56,296 bases of DNA from Pseudomonadota bacterium (GTDB taxonomy: Bacteria > Desulfobacterota > Anaeroferrophillalia > Anaeroferrophillales > Tharpellaceae): positions 1 to 56,296 of the forward strand of contig DAOWHJ010000038.1 in assembly GCA_030641485.1 (NCBI GenBank). Direction: 5' to 3'. The notes below the pieces were generated by a model that saw nothing but the letters and a program-made list of their open reading frames with translations, did no database searches and was not told the DNA's origin. Made by a program: the position numbers and the translations under genes. Shown piece by piece: positions 51,701-56,296 of this stretch (its first letter is position 1; each line of letters begins with the position of its first letter).

Positions 51701-54182
51701 GGAGATCAAATTGCAGGGTAGCCAACTCCCCTGAACCGTTAAAAACATCGTTAAACATCCAAAAATAATTACCATTGGCGTCGATCGTCGGAGTACAGGA
51801 AACCGGCGCGACATCACCACCGCATACGACCCCGGAAGGGTTAACCATTAAGTAGTTTAGACCAGACAGAACGAGTTTGACGTCTTTGGGATTCGTATTA
51901 GCTGAGATTTGGGTCAGGGTTATGGTAATGGTTTTACTTTCACAAGTATGAAAAGTATCACCAAGGCCATCGATAATCAGGGCCATGCCTGGAGATATGA
52001 TGCTTACTTCAGTAGTCTCATGGATAATGCCGTCGCCCAAACAGGCGGAGCCTGATACTCCCAGGTCAAGACTGGACCAGGAATAAAAGGTGGTTTCAGC
52101 ACAAGCAATAACAGCACTTGTGGCGGTCAGGTCATAGTCTATTGTTAATGTTTGTCCGGCCAGCGGGGTTGCCGGGCATCCGGAAAAATCAAGAGTGAGG
52201 CTCCCACCGGGAGTAGTATCGGTAACGGCGACACTACTGGCAATATCTCCTGTGCCACTTAAATTTATGCTGAGGTTGGCATTATAGACTTGTTGTGACT
52301 CAGCGTGCTCTGTAAAATTCAGATCTGAAAGCTCGACCCCGGAGTCACCGAAAAAAGTGTAGGTATTGGTATATCTGGTATCTCTACAGCGTTGTGTCGG
52401 GCTGGTCGAGGTTTTTTCAGAACTCACCCCTTCAGCACATTCGATGGCAGTAAGTTGTGAGTCAGAATCACTTAAATCACAACCGCAGCAATCTATAACA
52501 TTGGCAGTAATGCTGTTGCTTAAATAGGTATTGCAATAAGTTTCACACTGACTTGCATCCGGGACTTGAACGCTAATGCTGGTGCTCAATGAAGCCGGCG
52601 GAGTGTAGGTCCAGGTAATAGTGCCGCCGCTACCACCTCCCCCAACTACCCAGACTCCACCACCTGAATCCACAACGGTTACGCCATCAGGCAGGCTGTC
52701 AACGACCGTAACCATCCCGATTGTACTGGAACTGCAATTGTCAAGGCCACTGTAACTCGAGGAGATCACATAGGTTATGCTATCGCCGATTTGCACAACG
52801 GCTGGGGCTCCACCTATACTCACGGAAAGGCTGGAAGTTGAGACCGGAGGGTTGATTGAGCTAAGTTCCACCGAAGGATAAAATTCTTGGTCACATTCAT
52901 CCTTGTAGAGCTTCTGCCAGAGCAGGTCACCCGAGGGGAAATTTCCGTTGCACCAGTCAGTATAGGTCAAATCGAAACTGAGATTATAGAAGTCTCCGAA
53001 ATCACCGTTTGCAGCCAGGGCTGCAGTCAGTTCAAAGCGTTTGTTCACATTATTGTAAATGGCCCCGGTCGAAACATTGGAGACAATAAAACCGGTAAAA
53101 TCAACCACTGTATAGACATCATAGGCGATGCCGTCACCGATGTTGCTGATTGCAAATGAGAAATTCTCAGTATCATCGCAGTAGGTAAAGTTAATATCGG
53201 GAGGGGTGAAAGATATGACCGGGGTGAGCACTACATGCTGGACTGAGGCTTTAGCTGTGCCCCCATCTATCGAGGTATCGAAACAGGCAGCAGCGGGGCT
53301 AGGCTCGCAACCGAAACGCACATCGGCAACGCTGTTCAGATTTTCACAGGCAATAAGGGTGGCGGTAATATTCATGCTCAGGGTCTCACCGGGGGCCATT
53401 GACGCCAAAGCCGCGTACTCGGTGCTGCCCCAAGTCGTGGTTTGCCCACTGTTGTTGCCGTTCTCAGTCGCAGAAACATAAGCTAGACCAACATCTAACA
53501 AACTGGTAACTTCTACGTTTTCAATAACCCCGACTCCAGTATTTTCAACACTCAGCGTCCAGGTAACATTTTGACCTACCACCTGAGGAATCACATTTGG
53601 GGTCATTTTTATAGTAACAGCCCCGGGGTTTACTTGAATATCTAAAACGCCAGAGCTATCACACTCGGGCGGGGAGCTGGGAATGGTGTAATCAATTGTG
53701 CTATTCAAGGACCCAGACACGGCGGTGCAGTTGGTCTCTAGCTGGAAGGTGACATTCAGGGTGGCACCGTTATTAAGAACCAAGGGGCTGCCCTGCAGTG
53801 CATCAATCTCCCAAGTCAAATTAGGTGCATTAGGGTTAGGGGCACAATAGTCGTAATACCCCCCAGAGATTTCGGGGTTAGCTGTATTAATTGCACCACC
53901 ACCATTAATATCGATACTGGAGCTGCCGCCTACATAGAAAAAGCCTGTAAGGTTCTCCAACTTGGCAACCACCACCATATCGCTCATTTCACTACCGGAA
54001 TTATTAGTGAAACTGACAGTGTAACTTTTGCTCTCACACCGGTTGATCGTACTATCTCCAGAGATCGCGGCCTGAGCCCAAGCCGTAAACGGCATTTGGC
54101 ACACAAGAAATAGCAATAAGACGAGCCCTTTGAAAATCCAAGAAGTTCTGATATCCATCATTTTGCCAATAATTCCTTCCAC
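45771..54182 (-). CDS. Giant cell-surface repeat protein (2803 aa): Sec signal, DUF11/CARDB repeats, YWTD beta-propeller, FN3-like, choice-of-anchor-D-like, Calx-beta-like, TSP3 calcium-binding repeats, Cna-B/SdrD-like, IPTL-CTERM
   Basis: A single uninterrupted ORF. Signal peptide ...WIFKGLVLLLFLVCQMPFTAWA-QAA. There are many T/S/N/G-rich Ig-like repeats with DUF11-type LTNRGTGTAYNV / VTNNGSGNAQVV motifs. The C-terminus is IPTLNEWGMIISSSLLLLAALTVLRRRQ. The annotated start is GTG 54182; ATG 54161 is more likely. Confidence 0.9.
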   Translation of the reverse strand: MEGIIGKMMDIRTSWIFKGLVLLLFLVCQMPFTAWAQAAISGDSTINRCESKSYTVSFTNNSGSEMSDMVVVAKLENLTGFFYVGGSSSIDINGGGAINTANPEISGGYYDYCAPNPNAPNLTWEIDALQGSPLVLNNGATLNVTFQLETNCTAVSGSLNSTIDYTIPSSPPECDSSGVLDIQVNPGAVTIKMTPNVIPQVVGQNVTWTLSVENTGVGVIENVEVTSLLDVGLAYVSATENGNNSGQTTTWGSTEYAALASMAPGETLSMNITATLIACENLNSVADVRFGCEPSPAAACFDTSIDGGTAKASVQHVVLTPVISFTPPDINFTYCDDTENFSFAISNIGDGIAYDVYTVVDFTGFIVSNVSTGAIYNNVNKRFELTAALAANGDFGDFYNLSFDLTYTDWCNGNFPSGDLLWQKLYKDECDQEFYPSVELSSINPPVSTSSLSVSIGGAPAVVQIGDSITYVISSSYSGLDNCSSSTIGMVTVVDSLPDGVTVVDSGGGVWVVGGGGSGGTITWTYTPPASLSTSISVQVPDASQCETYCNTYLSNSITANVIDCCGCDLSDSDSQLTAIECAEGVSSEKTSTSPTQRCRDTRYTNTYTFFGDSGVELSDLNFTEHAESQQVYNANLSINLSGTGDIASSVAVTDTTPGGSLTLDFSGCPATPLAGQTLTIDYDLTATSAVIACAETTFYSWSSLDLGVSGSACLGDGIIHETTEVSIISPGMALIIDGLGDTFHTCESKTITITLTQISANTNPKDVKLVLSGLNYLMVNPSGVVCGGDVAPVSCTPTIDANGNYFWMFNDVFNGSGELATLQFDLQKRCGGNGELKATVYYDDLCSDDTTSDEICSTVASETPVLLLSGDLLIEKTPEIYYADSNRVQWEIYLTNRGTGTAYNVWMDDELGSGLMYEHGVNPVVVDNMSGVTINDSLGHDGGAIKGASVEITSMAAGERRQITFIAKQTDCNNLTNNVTANWGCLSGDCQSDVTDSSVVTNPVPNLINTTTINPAAGVEACSSPLVGLISLRNSAQVTVYNLRVTETLPFNLSYVSGSTRWRINSGSWNGPNAIYDPSSTNSPLVWSSTQIPALASVDPGDTIEIEFGLAFDCPFNGGDITVSTQYENPCADFFHTTPRTFTASFNTPVIEVQLTRADTPVNCGESLQWSINVTNQSGYTLPLIWVEESLGAAFTFDSSAGDPTYTSDNGTNVGQMVAWELNNLPHGATAILTLNAIANASCSSDLSNSVTAYWGCGSSDGSSTTKPGQDAPDNTLCLSVPGFTDERTETREPDMNVVSVVMNPTAINACDSSAELTVIIENSGLVDASDVDCVITLPSGLTYDNSSHSGLSTDQISATGLLAGIANPAIVGSVLTWRDIWDKGNNIADTIQADGGNDTLVLRFNVQSACYTTADLKLDLYYYDCCDNAQYSVTKTQSLTALAPSLSVTQTPTLSQVDCGAQQSWSITVTNNGSGNAQVVRVEDMPGTWIDVRTGESSDPVDMGGGVYGWEINNLAAGGGTAVFTLVGTLNPDNLPSQDDCAGNLRQNHVRAIWACGVGGEASDGDPTTQAYGCTVGTWVEAVAATLLLPNLVTTEITPEITCNGDGDCSGTIIVRVQNQGDGVCSENFTVNVTGDGNGWSGSGTYTGASIAANAFADVTIDTSTWSPDYDTSYTITAEVDSGGTECECNESDNTFTGTAYTAQIPDLQITSIDFDDLGCSDDAISGSVDVDVQNLGGATASTFQVSLTANNGLTFANASVASLAAGASATLNFNLTGAGANCSLADCQFTATADVANDVCESDGSNNTRLETTPPYQVKLYWSDSTGQVTQRANRDGSSLEDVADAALGVDEPQGVAVDETHAKLYWVNGAAGTIQQSDLDGLNVHTLVSALTSPLDIALDSTGGKIYWTDNGDNAIYSTDLNGANQETLLSGMSDVGGLALDVGANKLYWTEPADGELWRADLDGTNQEILIGAGLSTPLGLSLDLMGLKMYFSDPGSGKIQKSDLDGSNLEDVRVGLGADVRFLDLDEAENLIYFSTNSSSIRSVGFDGSGFDDVITGLSNSSGVALYRPASNHTNINLTVNDLTLAITCLDNEKVSGEVTVNVIGTGATEIEDVLVRVTSNCGITFTDQTIDLIPGESRNLIFNYISDCSDDCIFTAEIDPDNEVCECDAADNSASESSVNVSNVPTVTTDTVSNLSSGSATLNGSVNACNSSTIVTFEYGLDISYSSSIEAETSPVIGMCSGSVSRLITGLTPNTTYHYRVIGVNGAGTTNGADQTFITDSTASIVTTQVVTDIASTTATGNGNITSLSEPHPNAHGVCWSTSSNPVVTDSHSDEGVTSLAGAFTSDITTLLPGTTYYVRAYATNSTGTSYGENQMFTTLAPEMDLRYDGNNFADGDTLDFGNQATSSDTDVTFTVENAGTAPLTITTPLTFVGVNADQFSIQAQPTSTVGASGTTAFTVRFTPTSAGIKTAAISIDNSDSDENPYDLTITGIGVDVGISIGALSSTTTNEGGATATFTVVLDSEPTNNVVIPVSSSDTSEGAVSSTSLSFTPTNWGTVQTVTVTGVNDDLYDGDVAYTVVIGPAVSDDTDYNGNNPGDKYLTNNDNDLDSDGDGVSDVLEGTGDRDGDGFNDSNDYDPTGYFYDSSTGEIIVGGSVSVSGSGNAIFVSGRNGADGYYQFTVDQTGTYTITVTPPVGYVVDNSGCAVSGSLTANSIPNPLVLGSGEDGTTGHLAAYSCADNEWYLIINIQDTTPLILNNNIPLVSSEAIPTLNEWGMIISSSLLLLAALTVLRRRQ
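45774..45857 (-). other. IPTL-CTERM-type C-terminal sorting signal of the giant protein
   Basis: IPTLNEWG motif, a hydrophobic helix (MIISSSLLLLAALTVL) and a basic tail RRRQ form the tripartite layout of the IPTL-CTERM family. Confidence 0.75.
46245..46337 (-). other. Thrombospondin type 3-like calcium-binding repeats within the giant protein
   Basis: LDSDGDGVSDVLEGTGDRDGDGFNDSNDYDP (DxDxDGxxD repeats). Confidence 0.7.
47963..48719 (-). other. Six-bladed YWTD (LDL-receptor class B) beta-propeller module within the giant protein
   Basis: Six blades about 42 aa apart: KLYWSD, KLYWVN, KIYWTD, KLYWTE, KMYFSD, LIYFST. Each is followed by a ...DGSN/DGTN...L motif. Confidence 0.75.
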
Positions 54183-54250
54183 ATAGATTGAGGTCTGTTT
54201 CTTTAGGGCAATATCAGCACAAATCCGGGATCAAAATTGCACGGCTTTCT

Positions 54251-54278
54251 ATTATAACTCCTTCATTAGGATAGTCAC
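54251..54278 (-). promoter_or_regulatory. Promoter candidate for the giant gene (GTGACT-16 nt-TATAAT on the minus strand)
   Basis: A perfect TATAAT (complement of 54251-54256) with a 4/6 -35 box (complement of 54273-54278). A consensus TTGACA at 54286-54291 is spaced too far for this -10 box. Confidence 0.3.
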
Positions 54279-54392
54279 TTGCATTTGTCAAGGGAAGTGA
54301 GAAACATTTAAATTATAAAGGGTTGATGAGGTGTTTTGGGATATTTAGATCACCCTACGATGCCATCAACATTGGTTGATAAAATTGGCGAT

Positions 54393-54665
54393 TTAAACAA
54401 AACTTCCGGTAAAGAGACATTCTACCGTAATTATTGATACGGCCCAATTGACAATGAAAACATCATCCAGCCAACCAACAAAAGGAATGAAGTCGGGAAT
54501 GATATCTACCGGGAATACGACATACGCTAATGCTCCGGCAATCGTGGTCCAGGTACTGGCACTCATTGAAAAATCTATATCTGTAACCATATTGAAAAGG
54601 GCAGTAAATCCTTCGTACCAATCTTTGTCTTTATGACGACGGGAAAAGCTTGCAGCTCTCTCCAC
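54393..54665 (-). pseudogene. DUF1232 (YkvA-family) membrane protein gene with apparent 5' frameshift
   Basis: The VFPVDIIPDFIPFVGWLDD signature is present. The reading frame stays open 22 codons upstream of the GTG at 54665 without a start codon. An ATG with a strong GGAGG RBS at 54733-54735 is out of frame by 1 nt. Confidence 0.55.
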
Positions 54666-55113
54666 ATCAAATTCATCTACCAGTTTTTTTGAAAGTATTA
54701 TTGCCCTATCTTGTTCTTCTATATGTAAGACTCATATCGTCCTCCCCGTATTTAAAGTTGATGTCCGTGTGAAACTATTTGACACCACTATAAAGCAAGG
54801 AACGAACGCGTGAGTTCGCTGGTATAAATATTTTTATTTTTTTGTAATTATTCTATCTAATGCACGTCCAACCGTACCCATCTCGAACAGTAACAGTTAG
54901 CAATTTCTAGGCATTTCCTTAGTGATTATGGTTGGAATATCGGTAAAATGTATCGGAAGAGGTACCGTAGTGGAAAGATTCTGCCCACACTCATTTTGAT
55001 AGAGTGGGAATGAAAAAAGGCCACTCTGGGATGAGCGACCTTAGAAGTTTTCACTGTAGCAAGTGGTTGTAACTTTCACATTGGCCTACCCTCAACAAGT
55101 TCATAAACATCAC

Positions 55114-55740
55114 TCAATAACTCATCCTCGCCGGAATAACTCCCCTTACTCCACCTCTAGGAGTTGGAGTATCACCTAACCTTCTCGGTATCAAATGAAT
55201 ATGTACATGAAAAACAGTCTGACCGGCAACATCACCACAATTTACTCCAACATTGAAACCTTTCACCGTATCGTCATCTTTTAATATTCTATTTTTGGTA
55301 ATTTTCAGTAATCGGTCAGAATCTTTCTTCTCCTTATCGGTCAACAAGAAAAAATCAGGTACATGACGTTTGGGTATAATCAATGAATGACCTGGTGAAA
55401 CTGGAAAACCATCATTTATCAATATCATTGAATCATATTCATCTTGAATCTTGTCCTGTAAATTGTGATAACAGAAAATACAGTCGTCTACTTTATCAAT
55501 GGGATCGTAACGGAAATCCGTATCATCTTTATTACCCTTCGAGCGATTACATTTAGCACACAGGACTTGAAGGTTTTCTATATTATTGGTACCGCCTTTT
55601 GATCTCGTCCTGATATGATCAACATCCAAAATGGTTTCTTTTTTGGTCGCACCACACAAAGCGCAACGACCGCCAGATTCACTCAACACCAGATATCGCA
55701 AACTGTCCGGCACAGGACCTTGATCAGTCAGACGAAACAC
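55114..55740 (-). CDS. HNH endonuclease domain fused to HIT (histidine triad) domain (208 aa)
   Basis: N-terminal HNH: CALCG...DVDHIRTRSKGGTNNIENLQVLCAKCNRSKG. C-terminal HIT: PVSPGHSLIIPKRH...GQTVFHVHIHLIPRR. GTG 55740 (AGAGGG RBS, 6-nt spacer) is preferred over the ORF-track TTG 55746. Confidence 0.8.
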   Translation of the reverse strand: MFRLTDQGPVPDSLRYLVLSESGGRCALCGATKKETILDVDHIRTRSKGGTNNIENLQVLCAKCNRSKGNKDDTDFRYDPIDKVDDCIFCYHNLQDKIQDEYDSMILINDGFPVSPGHSLIIPKRHVPDFFLLTDKEKKDSDRLLKITKNRILKDDDTVKGFNVGVNCGDVAGQTVFHVHIHLIPRRLGDTPTPRGGVRGVIPARMSY

Positions 55741-55821
55741 ATTCAACCCTCTTTTGATAAAAAAATCTTGAATTTTCTGCTCACACCCTGAATCATTGCA
55801 GATTTAATTGCTACAGTTTTG

Positions 55822-55850
55822 TAAATACTGGACTATCATGAACACGTCAA
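55822..55850 (-). promoter_or_regulatory. Promoter candidate for the HNH-HIT gene (TTGACG-17 nt-TATTTA on the minus strand)
   Basis: The complement of 55845-55850 is TTGACG, the complement of 55822-55827 is TATTTA, and the spacer is exactly 17 nt. Confidence 0.4.
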
Positions 55851-55851
55851 G

Positions 55852-55893
55852 CAATAGCATACCTATGCTGATATCAGTATAGGTATGCTATTG
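55852..55893. promoter_or_regulatory. 42-bp near-perfect palindrome centred on GATATC (possible operator or cruciform site)
   Basis: CAATAGCATACCTAT-GCTGATATCAGT-ATAGGTATGCTATTG has only one non-complementary pair (G/T). It starts 1 nt beyond the putative -35 box. Confidence 0.6.
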
Positions 55894-56030
55894 AATGCTA
55901 AAAAATAAGACCATAGGGGATTTATATAACATGGTGAAGCAAATAACCTCGGGACGGGAATGAACGGTCATATGGCTTAAATTGTACCCATTGCTCATAG
56001 AAACGCAAGCGGTAAAGCGTCAAAACCAAA

Positions 56031-56051
56031 GGGTCACTAAAGGGGTCACTA
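56031..56051 (+). repeat. Two 9-nt direct repeats GGGTCACTA spaced 12 nt
   Basis: 56031-56039 and 56043-56051, read directly from the sequence. Confidence 0.4.
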
Positions 56052-56078
56052 CACCAAATACACCCCTATTCCACACGC

Positions 56079-56117
56079 AAAACAGCCACCTGCAAATCAA
56101 TGTAAGTGGCTGTTTTT
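56079..56117. terminator. Bidirectional rho-independent terminator next to the tRNA fragment
   Basis: Stem CAGCCAC (56083-56089) / GTGGCTG (56106-56112) with a 16-nt loop. It is followed by T5 on the plus strand and T4 on the minus strand. On the minus strand it directly follows the tRNA 3' end. Confidence 0.6.
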
Positions 56118-56122
56118 ATTAT

Positions 56123-56167
56123 TGGTCGGGACGAGAGGATTTGAACCTCCGACCACCTGAACCCCAT
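56123..56167 (-). pseudogene. 3' fragment of a tRNA-Pro(GGG)-like gene (T arm, acceptor 3' strand, CCA). The 5' half is absent.
   Basis: The minus strand reads ATGGGGT-TCAGG-TGGTC-GGAGGTTCAAATCCTCT-CGTCCCG-A-CCA. There is no matching CGGGACG 5' acceptor strand or D arm in the next 130 nt, and the anticodon stem partner is mismatched. Confidence 0.65.
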
Positions 56168-56240
56168 GCGGGTCACCCGTCACTTAAAACCCTTTATTTT
56201 AAGCTATATATAGGCTTTACATTCTCTGCACAACCCCACA

Positions 56241-56283
56241 AAACCACACATTCCCACTAAAACCACACATTGAAACCACACAT
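56241..56283 (+). repeat. Three 11-nt direct repeats AAACCACACAT
   Basis: Copies at 56241-56251, 56260-56270 and 56273-56283, within about 75-115 nt of the tRNA fragment. Confidence 0.7.
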
Positions 56284-56296
56284 AGATTTTTAGTAT

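Noticed and set aside
45771-54182. RTX-type toxin or type I secretion substrate
   Set aside because: The protein has an N-terminal Sec signal peptide and a C-terminal membrane-anchor sorting tail. It has no GGxGxD nonapeptide repeats, and there are no adjacent ABC/MFP/TolC genes.
54666-54735. In-frame TAG (nonsense mutation or pyrrolysine/readthrough) near the start of the DUF1232 gene
   Set aside because: My first reading dropped one A of the A7 run (54684-54690). After recounting base by base, the ATG at 54735 and its TAG are in a different frame from the DUF1232 ORF. The observation is a frameshift or start problem, not an in-frame stop.
56123-56205. Complete tRNA gene
   Set aside because: Only the 3' ~45 nt fold as a tRNA. 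No CGGGACG 5' acceptor strand, no D arm with the GG motif, and the anticodon stem does not pair. I called it a fragment instead.
55982-56260. 92-aa plus-strand ORF at the right end
   Set aside because: It spans the terminator hairpin, the antisense of the tRNA fragment (the GREDLNLRPP-type translation is typical of tRNA antisense) and the direct repeats. It is not a gene.
56241-56283. CRISPR array or tandem repeat locus
   Set aside because: The repeats are only 11 nt, there are only three copies, and the spacings are irregular and very short (8 and 2 nt between copies). No CRISPR-like repeat-spacer periodicity occurs anywhere in the window, and there are no cas genes.

Overview
This 56.3-kb chromosomal window holds about 45 protein genes. 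It has no rRNA, no intact tRNA and no CRISPR array. Gene content suggests an anaerobic Gram-negative, Desulfobacterota/Desulfuromonadales-like genome, but that is inference only.

Gene order, left to right:
- A CspA-type cold-shock gene with a strong terminator.
- A ~12-kb minus-strand block (2603-14407) of tightly overlapping type II FAS/PKS-like genes. It has two KS, an ACP, FabG, an ApeP-like hot-dog dehydratase, a PlsC-type acyltransferase, a CrtI-family flavoprotein wedged between the KS genes (a second one lies at 528-2156), LolA-like and DUF4412-like periplasmic proteins, and an exported acetolactate-decarboxylase homologue. The housekeeping genes nnr and tsaE are embedded in it.
- hrpB.
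- A CbbQ/NorQ AAA+ gene and a 941-aa NorD/CbbO-like VWA gene with no client enzyme in view. They are separated by an AhpD-like gene, a small ORF and an opposite-strand PAS/GAF hybrid kinase.
- A dCache/NarL two-component pair.
- A Liv-type ABC importer plus an acyl-CoA ligase.
- pabB with an apparently leaderless promoter, and a TlpA-like redoxin.
- A catalytic KS plus a Cys-less KS-beta, translationally coupled to cobU-cobS-cobC. These are followed by rlpA, a TIGR00303-type (archaeal-like) cobT candidate, an APH-family kinase (possible BluE-like threonine kinase) and a ferredoxin-nitroreductase fusion.
- A 2803-aa surface protein with DUF11/CARDB repeats, a six-bladed YWTD propeller, FN3, Calx-beta and TSP3 modules, and an IPTL-CTERM sorting tail.
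- An AT-rich right end with a frameshifted DUF1232 gene, an HNH-HIT fusion behind a 42-bp palindrome, and a tRNA-Pro 3' fragment with its terminator and three 11-nt direct repeats. This looks like an integrated-element junction.

Noncoding highlights:
- A 150-190 bp MITE-like element occurs in three copies. It has 14-bp terminal inverted repeats, and one copy carries a perfect 8-bp target-site duplication.
- A related 83-nt element occurs in two copies.

All calls come from reading the translations and the sequence by eye. No database search was run.
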